This document shows positions 7,974 through 19,100 of a stretch of DNA of 64,000 nucleotides, piece by piece. The stretch covers positions 33,454 to 97,453 of the forward strand of contig CAVUDE010000004.1 of NCBI GenBank assembly GCA_963740155.1, read 5' to 3'. The translations under genes and the position numbers were made by a program. This DNA comes from an uncultured Flavobacteriaceae bacterium. GTDB lineage: Bacteria; Bacteroidota; Bacteroidia; Flavobacteriales; Flavobacteriaceae. Under the pieces are notes generated by a model that had not been told where the DNA came from, did not search any database, and was given only the letters and a program-made list of their open reading frames with translations. Every line of letters starts with the position of its first letter. The first letter of the stretch is position 1.

Positions 7974-9920
7974 TTAAACTTCAAATGTCTTTATGGTTTC
8001 GGCTACTTCTGCTTGTACCGCTTTCGCGAAAGCGTCCACACTCATAGCACCCAGGTCCTCACCACCATGTTTTCTTACAGAAACCGTACCATCGTTCTCC
8101 TCCTGCTCGCCCACGATAAGCATGTACGGCAGCTTGTTCATCTCTGCCTCGCGTATCTTCTTGCCCATGGTCTCTGCGCGATTGTCAATAGTACAGCGAA
8201 TTTCGTTATTTTCCAGAGCGTCAGCTACTTTTTTTGCATAATCTTCAAACTTTTCACTTAAAGATAGCACCGTACACTGCTCTGGCATCAACCACAGCGG
8301 GAAATTACCGCCTGTATGTTCCAGTAAAATTGCGATAAAGCGCTCCATGGAACCGAATGGCGCGCGGTGGATCATTACCGGCCTGTGTGACTCATTGTCA
8401 CTACCTTTATAGGAAAGCTCAAAACGCTCTGGCAGGTTATAATCCACCTGAATCGTTCCCAGCTGCCAGCTACGGCCCAGCGCATCTTTTACCATAAAGT
8501 CCAGTTTAGGACCATAAAAAGCCGCTTCTCCTTCCTCAATCACAAAGTTCAATCCCTTGTCCCGCGAGGCGCTGATGATTGCATTTTCTGCGATCTCCCA
8601 GTTTTCTGTATCCCCTATATATTTCTCTGGTTTCTCTGGATCGCGCACACTTACCTGTGCGGTAAAGTTCTCAAAACCCAGTGAGCCAAAAACATACATG
8701 ACCAGATCAATCACTTTCTTAAATTCCTCGTCCAGCTGTTCTGGCATACAGAAAATATGCGCATCATCCTGCGTAAATCCACGTACACGCGTCAGTCCAT
8801 GCAACTCCCCACTCTGCTCATACCGGTACACGGTACCGAATTCTGCAAAGCGTTTAGGCAAGTCTTTATAAGACCATTGAGCGCTTTTATAGATCTCGCA
8901 GTGGTGCGGGCAATTCATGGGCTTGAGCATGAACTCCTCGCCCTCGTTAGGTGTTTTGATGACCTGGAAAGAATCCTCACCGTATTTGGCAAAGTGTCCA
9001 GAGGTCACATATAATTCCTTGTTCCCTATATGAGGTGTCACCACCATCTCGTAGCCCGCCTTTTTCTGGGCAGCTTTCATGAAGTTCTCCAGTCGCTCGC
9101 GCAACGCGGCACCTTTAGGCAGCCACAATGGCAGCCCCTGCCCTACTTTCTGAGAAAAAGTAAATAATTGTAATTCCTTACCCAGCTTGCGATGATCGCG
9201 CTTTTTTGCCTCTTCCAGCAATTCTAGGTATTCCTTTAAGTCTTTTTGTTTGGGAAAAGAGATACCGTACACCCTAGTCAACTGCGGGTTGTTCTCGTCA
9301 CCGCGCCAGTAGGCACCGGCTATGCTCATGATCTTGACTGCTTTTACGATCCCAGTATTGGGAATGTGGCCACCACGGCATAGATCAGTAAAGGTATCGT
9401 GATCGCAAAAGGTGATATCACCATCGGTCAGGTTCTCGATGAGCTCGACCTTGAATTTGTTTTCTTCATTTTTATAGAAGTCCAGTGCATCTGCTTTAGA
9501 AACACTGCGCATTTTAAACTCGTGCTTGCCACGAGCAATTTCCAGCATGCGTTTCTCGATGGCAGGAATATCAGCCTCGGTGATGGATTTATCCTGAAAA
9601 TCTATGTCATAATAGAATCCGTTTTCTATGGATGGGCCTATGGTAAGCTTTGCCTGTGGGAACAAATCCTGGATGGCCTGCGCCATAATGTGGGACGTAC
9701 TGTGCCAGAAAGCCTGTTTTCCCTCATCGTCATTAAAAGTATAAAGGACAAGTTTGCCGTCTTCCTGCAAAGGTGTGGAAGTCTCTACTTTTTTGCCGAT
9801 ATAAGATGCACTTATTACATTGCGCGCCAGCCCGTGCGATATAGTCATCGCCACGTCCATGGGTGTGGAACCTTGTTCCATTTCTTTGATACTGCCATCT
9901 GGCAGGGTAATCTTTATCAT
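7974..9920 (-). CDS. thrS: Threonine--tRNA ligase
   Basis: TGS domain, HSTSHIMAQA, DLCRGGH, LKPMNCPHHC, GLTRVRGFTQDDAH, AFYGPKLD, IHRAPFGSMERF. Confidence 0.99.
   Translation of the reverse strand: MIKITLPDGSIKEMEQGSTPMDVAMTISHGLARNVISASYIGKKVETSTPLQEDGKLVLYTFNDDEGKQAFWHSTSHIMAQAIQDLFPQAKLTIGPSIENGFYYDIDFQDKSITEADIPAIEKRMLEIARGKHEFKMRSVSKADALDFYKNEENKFKVELIENLTDGDITFCDHDTFTDLCRGGHIPNTGIVKAVKIMSIAGAYWRGDENNPQLTRVYGISFPKQKDLKEYLELLEEAKKRDHRKLGKELQLFTFSQKVGQGLPLWLPKGAALRERLENFMKAAQKKAGYEMVVTPHIGNKELYVTSGHFAKYGEDSFQVIKTPNEGEEFMLKPMNCPHHCEIYKSAQWSYKDLPKRFAEFGTVYRYEQSGELHGLTRVRGFTQDDAHIFCMPEQLDEEFKKVIDLVMYVFGSLGFENFTAQVSVRDPEKPEKYIGDTENWEIAENAIISASRDKGLNFVIEEGEAAFYGPKLDFMVKDALGRSWQLGTIQVDYNLPERFELSYKGSDNESHRPVMIHRAPFGSMERFIAILLEHTGGNFPLWLMPEQCTVLSLSEKFEDYAKKVADALENNEIRCTIDNRAETMGKKIREAEMNKLPYMLIVGEQEENDGTVSVRKHGGEDLGAMSVDAFAKAVQAEVAETIKTFEV
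8018..8035. repeat. Iterated palindrome copy inside thrS (AFAKA frame)
   Basis: CCGCTTTCGCGAAAGCGT. Confidence 0.9.
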
Positions 9921-9942
9921 AACTACAACTTATGTTAGCCCG

Positions 9943-9950
9943 CAAAGGTA
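9943..9950 (-). promoter_or_regulatory. -7 promoter element for thrS
   Basis: TACCTTTG on the - strand, 22 bp upstream of the ATG. Confidence 0.6.
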
Positions 9951-10026
9951 CACGTTCCGCTATACCTGTTAAAGGCTGAATTTTATCAATTTTAATGTAG
10001 AAATTGTACTGATGATGGTGAGTATT

Positions 10027-10041
10027 ACGCTTTCGCGAAAG
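10027..10041. repeat. Iterated palindrome, imperfect intergenic copy
   Basis: ACGCTTTCGCGAAAG, followed by TGA instead of CGT. Confidence 0.75.
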
Positions 10042-10132
10042 TGAAATATGCACCGCAATCGCCTAAGCGCGAAACATTATAATCAGCGCTTTAAAAAACT
10101 TACCACATTATGTTGTCGCTCTGTAATTACTC

Positions 10133-10864
10133 TTACGACTGGACTCGCGCTGACCCAGTACTTTCCAGAAATCCCAATATAGAATCCTTGCGCGCACTCG
10201 CCACGGGAATCACTTCTTTGTGGATGGTAATTGATTTCCCGTCATAGGATTGCACCCGCTGCATATTCACGATATAGCGCCTGTGTACGTCTATGAAGAA
10301 ACTAGGCAGACTATAGACTTCTACTAGCTCTGTGAGCTTGTGACGTAAACGGTATTTATTTTCAACAGTAACAAGCCATACATAATTCTTATCTGACTGA
10401 AAATATAGAATGTCTGCCGGGTCTAGTTTTACAAGTTCCTTGCTGGTCTTGAACACGATTTTTTCCTCAGGCAGTGTATCCTGTACAACACGCTTACGGT
10501 TATTGAGCACCAGCTGGATATTTGTTATAAGCGTGGGTGCGTTGTAGGGTTTCATCAGGTAGGCGTCTGGTTGTATTTGCTGGACTTTTTCTAGAACCCT
10601 GGGACTTCCCAAAGCCGTGAGTATAAGAATCCCGGCGTCTGTTTCTTCCTTCAGTTTTTTGGCGAGCCACAATCCGTCTTTATTTCCCTTGAGGTTGATA
10701 TCCACGATCACCATGTCTGGTCTGGATGCTAGGATTGCGTCATAGGCCTCTTCTGCCCTGACGGCCGTACCGGCGAGCGCATAGCCCGCGTCTGAAATAT
10801 TCTTTATGATTGCCGCACGGGTAATGGCAAAATCCTCGACGATAAAAACAGATGCTTTACTCAT
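10133..10864 (-). CDS. LytTR-family response regulator
   Basis: REC domain (FIVED, VIVDINL, ILILTA, YLMKP) plus LytTR domain (ILYFQSDKNYV, FIDVHRRYIVN). True start is MSKAS at 10864. Confidence 0.93.
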   Translation of the reverse strand: MSKASVFIVEDFAITRAAIIKNISDAGYALAGTAVRAEEAYDAILASRPDMVIVDINLKGNKDGLWLAKKLKEETDAGILILTALGSPRVLEKVQQIQPDAYLMKPYNAPTLITNIQLVLNNRKRVVQDTLPEEKIVFKTSKELVKLDPADILYFQSDKNYVWLVTVENKYRLRHKLTELVEVYSLPSFFIDVHRRYIVNMQRVQSYDGKSITIHKEVIPVASARKDSILGFLESTGSARVQS

Positions 10865-12778
10865 GATGGTTGCGGTTAAAGGTAATCTGAATGGTGAAAT
10901 TTTCGGCATCCACAGGTAGTAAGGATCCTTCCAGCTCTTCAACCAGCAACCGGATGATCTGCAATCCCTTCCCTGTGTGACCTGTTGAGAAAACCTGGCC
11001 TGCATTGCTGGTTCCAGAATCGGCATAGGTGAAATAAATTATTCCCATATGGTCGTCTAGACTAATCCTCAGTCTATTGTCGCGCGGTGAGTCAATATGT
11101 TTGATGGAATTAGTCACCAGTTCTGTCACGATCAGTCCCAGGGTGACCGCGGTCTGGGTTTCAATAATGATCCCCGCGGCATCTACGGTGCCTTTCCACG
11201 TGGTGGTAGCATAGCGACCCAGTAAATGATCTACGAGCGTGGTGAGGTACGTGTCCAGATTTATCTGCTGGAAATCCTCTTGTTCATACAGCAATTCCTG
11301 CACGATGGCCATGCTTAGTATATAATTCTGCGTTTCAGAAAAAACCTCTACTTGAGCACCATTGATTAATTTTTCTTTTTGGAGTTCCAGCAATCCATTT
11401 ACGAGCTGTAGATTATTCTTGATCCTGTGATGGGTCTCATCCAGCATCACCGCTTTTTCCTTAAGGGCACGTTCAAGTTGATTTCTTTGAGAATATATTT
11501 TTTTGTTCCGCTTTCGCGAAAGCGTATACTGAAAACCCACCACAACAACTAGGATGACAACGGTTATAAGACCTACCACACTCCAGATAAGTTGCCTGCT
11601 TTTCTGCTCCAGGCGGTCTTTGCTGTCCTGTAACTGATCGCGGGTAGCATCTACGTCAAACTTTACGGCAGCCTCCTCTACCACCCTATTCTGAAGTGCC
11701 AGTTGCAGGCTATCGTTCAGGCGTTGATACGCACGATAGCAGGTAACCGCGGTTCTGTAGAGTCCAGCGATGAATAGATCATCGCCGCCAGTCGCTTCGC
11801 TGCCTGCGGTTCTCAGCACTGGGGAATCGCTCCTCGTAGATCCTTGCGGTATCGAGGTATTTTTTGGCCAAAACGACTTTCCCTCTATCAGGTAAAGTTC
11901 CGTGAGATTGAGATATGCCTGCCGGGTGATACGCGGCTGCCTAAAGACCTGGCTAGAAGAAAGTTCTTTGAGATAAATCTGTTCTGCGCCGCTCGTGTTG
12001 CCTTCCAGAATATTTAGACTTGCCAGATTAGACTCAACCACATTCAAAAAATTAATTTTTCTGATTTCCGGTAGCTCGTCATCCTGATCGATGGATTTTG
12101 TGAGTAGGTTTTTGGCAATTAGGTAGTTCCTGCGTGCCTCTTTAAGGTCGCCCTCTTTCTCATGCGTCAGCGCAATATTGTTGTACATGCTCGCCTGCAT
12201 AAAACTGTTTCCAGCCTCTTGATAATCTGCGGCCTGAATGTCAAATTGCTCCCTTGCTTGTGAATAGTTGGCAAGGTTATAATAGATCATACCCAGTTCA
12301 AGCCGGTAGTTTTTACCGCGGTCGTTTTTCACTTTTGGATAGCGATCATAATAATCTGTGAGCATGGGTGGCGTCCAGCTGGCGCTGGTAAAAACCCAAT
12401 CGATTGTAGGCAGAATAAAGCGACTCCACGGTGATGGCGGCACTCTCAGTTTCTAGAAAATCATTGTCTGACAACAGCTGGGTAGCGAGAGCAACGGTCT
12501 CCCGATCCCGCAGCCGGTTGTCATAAAACTCGAGTGGATCAATGTCGCTCGAGACCTTGTGCCTCACTACAATCACGCTCGCACTCCTTGATCACATTTT
12601 GAAAATAATTTGCATATCCCTCTGGCCATACCTCGCCACCATCGTCGTTCTTGATAGACTCATAAAACTCTGTTGCGGCTGTATAGGAAGTTGAATCAGG
12701 AACTGCCTGCTGGTAAAGATTGCCATAAGTTGCATGCCCAGTAAACAAAAAAAAGAAGATTAGCTGGATCAACCGCAT
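10857..12778 (-). CDS. TPR-sensor HisKA_2 histidine kinase, frameshifted (split over ORFs 12539-12778, 12346-12576 and 10857-12443)
   Basis: Signal peptide, TPR-like helices, TM segment, H-box LDETHHRIKNNLQ, N-box GLIVTELVTNSIKH, GKGLQII. Frame changes at ~12560 and ~12365. Confidence 0.8.
11508..11525. repeat. Iterated palindrome copy inside the histidine kinase (TLSRKR frame)
   Basis: CCGCTTTCGCGAAAGCGT. Confidence 0.9.
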
Positions 12779-13064
12779 TCTACAAATGTATTTGAAACTA
12801 AGAGATAAGGGTATATTTTTTTGTTGCTGAAGAAAGCTTATTGAATCCCATGAATTGAGAAATCATCTGAATAATAATGATGAGAATATTTTGTTAACGG
12901 TTGTGTTCATTGTCTTGTAAGAGAATTACCATACAGAGACAAAAACCAGATAACTTTCAAACAAATAGCTGCACCGACAAACTTGAAACAACGGCAAAAG
13001 AATTGTAGCTACAACGTTATAGACTAAATATTTTGGGAATAACTTATTTAGGCTGAATAGCCTG

Positions 13065-13072
13065 TAAATTTG
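13065..13072 (+). promoter_or_regulatory. -7 promoter element for the adhesin gene
   Basis: TAAATTTG, 34 bp upstream of the ATG at 13107. Confidence 0.5.
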
Positions 13073-13106
13073 TCAATATCTTAAAGTTATCATAACCTCT
13101 CTTAGG

Positions 13107-16100
13107 ATGAACCATTCCATCTTGCCCTATTCAAAAAGCGCATCTTCTAAAACTGGGATGCCTGCTGGGTTAGGGTATATGATGGTGTTAATATTTTATT
13201 TTCTGAGCTGGCAAATGCAAGCTCAGGTAGGTCTGGTGTTAGTGATCGCACAAGTCAATTAGAAAGATTCATAAATCCAATTATCTGCGGTGTAAACTCA
13301 GTAACATTAACCTGTCCTTCAGACATTGTCATTGTTGATGATGGTAGTTCAACGAACTACACCATAACAACAAGCGGTGGCGGCATCTTTGATCATCAAC
13401 CAGGCTGGGTGCCAACTGGTTTTACAAAGCTGGATGAACAATCCAATCGAACATTTTTTCTAAGTAATACTGAATTTACAGCTGAAGATGCATTTGACGA
13501 TGCCATTCTACAAGGAGGGTTCGTAGCTACAGTGCCAGACGCTGCTACAAATGCTTTCTTAAGACAACAAGTTGACAATATACTAACTCCTGGTACGCGA
13601 GTGTATATCGGTTTTACAGATGATCTTTTTGAAGGTAGTTTTGGATGGCACAGTAGATTTCCCGTTTCATTTCTTGCTACTAACAACCCTTGGCCCACAC
13701 CCATGAATAGACCTTGGGGAAACTTTCAACCTGATAATTTTGGAGGTAATGAGAACTATGTAACACTTGGTGAAGACTTGCCAGGTGACCCTTCTAAATG
13801 GAATGACGTGCCAGGAACAACAGCTCGCAGGTATATTTTAGAGTTGGAGGGAACATTTAAACAAACTATAGGATTTCCATCGGGTTCAACTTTTCCAGTA
13901 GGTACAACCACAAATACTTTCGTAGCGACTGATGTAAATGGTGTCACATCGACCTGTAGTTTTGATGTCACCGTGATTGAATCCATTGCGATTACCGAAT
14001 GGTTGTCGGAACCATCTGGTAATTTAGACAGCACCCTGGAATGGGTAGAACTTTTCAATTACGGAACCGTTCCAGTTGATATTCAAAATTGGAGAATTCA
14101 AGATCAAGGTACAGCTTCTAGTCGAGACGATGATGTCATCACAACTGTGTCAACAATCATCCAGCCTGGGGATTATGCAATTATTGCTAAAAACAAAAAT
14201 GCTTTTGAAAGTAATTGGTTGGGAGGTTGTTCAAGCAGCAAAATCATTGAAGTTCCCGAATTGACACTTGCAAATCGAGCTGATGAAATCCTTATAGTAG
14301 ATAACAACGGTAATCTAGTTTGGCAAGTAGCTCACATAGATGATAATACTGAAGGTAATGCGACATGGTATACCGAATCCAATTTTAATAATAGGATATG
14401 GGGCGACATTACTAATACAGGAGTAGATAGATCAGGAATAGACCCTTCTAATGGTGTGCTGGGCTATGAAAAAAACAATATCACCCCAGACTCATTTGCT
14501 TATACTGCCATTAATGGTGATCTAGGTAGTCCTCTTCAAGGTACGGGTGAAGACACTACAGCTCCAGACCCAACAGGTGGATCCACTGCCAAATGTGACC
14601 AGGCAATGTGAAATTGACAGCCTTGCCCAACCAACAGCAACAGATAATTGTGGCAGTACCGTAGTAATAACTAACGACGCCACCTTTCCTATCACATCAG
14701 ATGTTACGGTAGTCTGGACATATACAGATATTGCTGGAAATTCAACTTGCCAAGACCAAAATATATTCATAGCCGACACAACCGCTCCGAACACAGATTC
14801 TATCATGTTGACAGAGGTTACAGGACAATGCGAAGTCACTTCGATCGCGCCGCCCACCGCCACCGATAATTGTGATGGGGCAATCACCGGGACGACAACC
14901 GCTACTTTCCCAATTACTGCCAGCACCACAATAACCTGGACTTTATCGATTCTGCTGGAAACGCAAATACCCAAGACCAAAATGTGGTCATAGCCGACAT
15001 AACAGATCCGGTTACTGATTCCGCCACACTTACCGACCTTACTGAGCAGTGTGAAGTCCTGATGCCTACTGCACCTACCGCTACCGACAACTGTGATGGG
15101 CTGATTACTGGAACAACCACGTCCACCTTTCCAATAACAGCAAGCACCACCATCACCTGGATCTACACCGATGCGACTGGGAACTCGTCTACCCAAAGTC
15201 AGAATATTATCATCAGTGATACAGCACCGCCGATGGCAGATTCCGCCATGTTAACAGATGTAACCGAACAATGTGAGGTCATTTCAGTTTCACCGCCCAC
15301 CGCCACCGATAATTGCGATGGTGCGATCACTGGAACAACAACTGCCACTTTCCCGATCACCTCCAGCGCCACAATAACCTGGACTTATATCGATTCTGCT
15401 GGAAACTCAACTACCCAAGACCAAAATATTGTCATCGGCGATACAACCGCGCCAATTGCGGATTCCGCAGCGCTAACTGATGCAACTGGACAGTGTGAGG
15501 TCACTTCGGGTGCACCGCCCACCGCCACCGATAATTGCGATGGTGCAATCACTGGAACAACAAATGCCACTTTCCCAATTACGGCCAGTACAACCATCAC
15601 CTGGACGTACACTGATTCTGCTGGAAATTCAACTACCCAAGACCAAAATGTGTTCATCGGTGATACAACCGCGCCGGCAGAAGACGTTGCTGTTTTAGGA
15701 AACGTTACAGGACAATGCGAGGTCACTTCGATCGCGCCGCCCACCGCTACCGATAACTGCGATGGTGCAATAACTGGAATAACAACCGCTACTTTCCCAA
15801 TTACTTCAAATACAACGATCATCTGGACGTACTCTGATTTCGCTGGGAATTCAACTACCCAAGACCAAAATGTGGCCATTGGTGATACAACCGCGCCAAT
15901 TGCGGATTCCGCAGCGCTAACTGATGCAACTGGACAATGCGAGGTCACTTCGATCGCGCCGCCCACCGCTACCGATAACTGCGATGGTGCAATAACTGGA
16001 ACAACAACCGCAACCTTCCCGATCACCTCCAGCACCACAATAACCTGGACTTATATCGATTCTGCTGGAAACGCAAATACCCAAGACCAAAATCTTGTCA

Positions 16101-19100
16101 TCGGTGATACAACCGCGCCAATTGCGGATTCCGCAACGCTAGCTGATGTAAATGGACAGTGTGAGGTCACTTCGGTTGCACCGCCCACTGCTGCTGACAA
16201 TTGCGATGGGGCAATCACCGGGACAACCACAGCAACCTTGCCGATCACTGCCAGCACAACCATCACTTGGATGTACACCGATTCCGCTGGAAACTCAACT
16301 ACCCAAGACCAAAATATTGTCATCGGCGATACAACCGCGCCAATTGCGGATCTCCGCAGCGCTAACTGATGCAACTGGACAATGCGAGGTCACTTCGGTT
16401 GCACCGCCCACCGCTACCGATAATTGCGATGGGTTAATTACCGGAACAACAATCGCTACTTTCCCGATTACCTCAAACACAACCATCACCTGGACGTACT
16501 CTGATTCCGCTGGGAATTCAACTACCCAAGACCAAAATGTGGTCATTGGTGATACCACGGCGCCAGCAGAAGACGTTGCTGTTTTAGGAAACGTTACAGG
16601 ACAATGCGAGGTCACTTCGGTTGCACCGCCCACCGCTACCGATAATTGCGATGGGTTAATCACCGGGACAACAACTGCCACTTTCCCGATCACCTCCAGC
16701 GCCACAATAACCTGGACTTATATCGATTCTGCTGGAAACTCAACTACCCAAGACCAAAATATTGTCATCGGCGATACAACCGCGCCAGCAGAAGACGTTG
16801 CTGTTTTAGGAGACGTTACAGGACAATGCGAGGTCACTTCGATCGCGCCGCCCACCGCTACCGATAATTGCGATGGTGCAATCACCGGGACAACAACCAC
16901 TACTTTCCCAATTACTGCCATCACCACAATAACCTGGACCTATATCGATTCCGCCGGGAACTTAACTACTCAGGATCAGAATATTGTCATCGGTGATACA
17001 ACCGCGCCAATGGCGGATTCCGCAACGCTAGCTGATGTAAATGGACAGTGTGAGGTCACTTCGGTTGCACCGCCCACCGCTACTGACAATTGCGATGGGG
17101 CAATTACTGGAACAACAATCGCTACTTTCCCGATTACATCAAACGCAACCATCACCTGGACGTATACTGATTCTGCTGGGAATTCAACTACCCAAGACCA
17201 AAATGTGGCCATTGGTGATACCACGGCGCCAGCAGAAGACGTTGCTGTTTTAGGAAACGTTACAGGACAATGCGAGGTCACTTCGATCGCGCCGCCCACC
17301 GCTACCGATAATTGCGATGGGGCAATCACCGGGACAACAATCGCTACTTTCCCAATTACTGCCAGTACAACCATCACCTGGACGTACACTGATTCTGCTG
17401 GAAATTCAACGACTCAAGACCAAAATGTGGCCATTGGTGATACCACGGCGCCAGCAGAAGACGTTGCTGTTTTAGGGGACGTTACAGGACAATGCGAGGT
17501 AACTTCGATCGCGCCGCCCACCGCTACCGATAACTGCGATGGTGCAATCACCGGGACAACGACCGCAACCTTCCCGATCACCTCCAGCACCACAATAATT
17601 TGGACTTATATCGATTCTGCTGGAAACGCAAATACCCAAGACCAAAATGTGGTCATTGGTGATACCACGGCGCCAGCAGAAGACGTTGCTGTTTTAGGAA
17701 ACGTTACAGGACAATGCGAGGTCACTTCGGTTGCACCGCCCACCGCTACCGATAATTGCGATGGGTTAATCACCGGGACAACAACTGCCACTTTCCCGAT
17801 CACCTCCAGCACCACAATAATTTGGACCTATATCGATTCTGCTGGAAACTCAACTACCCAAGACCAAAATGTGGTCATCGGTGATACAACCGCGCCAATG
17901 GCGGATTCCGCAACGCTAGCTGATGTAACTGGACAATGTGAGGTCACTTCGGTTGCACCGCCCACTGCTGCTGACAATTGCGATGGGACAATCACCGGTA
18001 CAACCACAGCAACCTTGCCGATCACCGCCAACACCACAATAACCTGGACCTATATCGATTCCGCCGGGAACTCAACTACTCAGGATCAGAATATTGTCAT
18101 CGGTGATACAACCACACCGGCAGCAGATGTTGCCATGCTAGCAGACGTTGCTGGACAATGTGAGGTCACTTCGGTTGCACCGCCCACCGCCACCGATAAT
18201 TGCGATGGGACAATCACCGGAACAACCACAGCAACTTTGCCGATCACCGCCAGCACGACCATCACTTGGATGTACACCGATTCTGCTGGGAATTCAACTA
18301 CCCAAGACCAAAATGTGGCCATTGGTGATACCACGGCGCCAGCAGAAGACGTTGCTGTTTTAGGAAACGTTACAGGACAATGCGAGGTAACTTCGATCGC
18401 GCCGCCCACCGCTACCGATAATTGCGATGGGGCAATCACCGGGACAACAATCGCTACTTTCCCAATTACTGCCAGTACAACCATCACCTGGACGTACACT
18501 GATTCTGCTGGAAACTCAACTACCCAAGACCAAAATATTGTCATCGGCGATACAACCGCGCCAATTGCGGATTCCGCAGCGCTAACTGATGCAACTGGAC
18601 AATGCGAGGTCACTTCGGTTGCACCGCCCACCGCTACTGACAATTGCGATGGTGCAATCACCGGGACAACAACCGCTACTTTCCCAATTACTGCCATCAC
18701 CACAATAACCTGGACCTATATCGATTCTGCCGGGAACTCAACTACTCAGGATCAGAATATTGTCATCGGTGATACAACCGCGCCAGTGGCGGATTCCGCA
18801 GCGCTAACTGATGCAACTGGACAATGCGAGGTCACTTCGGTTGCACCGCCCACCGCTACTGACAATTGCGATGGTGCAATCACTGGAACAACAACTGCCA
18901 CTTTCCCGATCACCTCCAGCGCCACAATAACCTGGACTTATATCGATTCTGCTGGAAACTCAACTACCCAAGACCAAAATATTGTCATCGGCGATACAAC
19001 CGCGCCAATTGCGGATTCCGCAGCGCTAACTGATGCAACTGGACAATGCGAGGTCACTTCGGTTGCACCGCCCACCGCTACTGACAATTGCGATGGTGCA

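Noticed and set aside
12779-13106. LytTR direct-repeat binding site
   Set aside because: The GAGAA repeats at ~12857 and ~12882 are spaced about 25 bp apart and do not match the usual ~21-bp period or consensus.
13230-16350. Programmed frameshifting or phase variation at the adhesin breaks
   Set aside because: The breaks are isolated single-base indels against otherwise identical repeats (e.g. extra C at ~16347, missing A at ~14943), not slippery or homopolymer sites.
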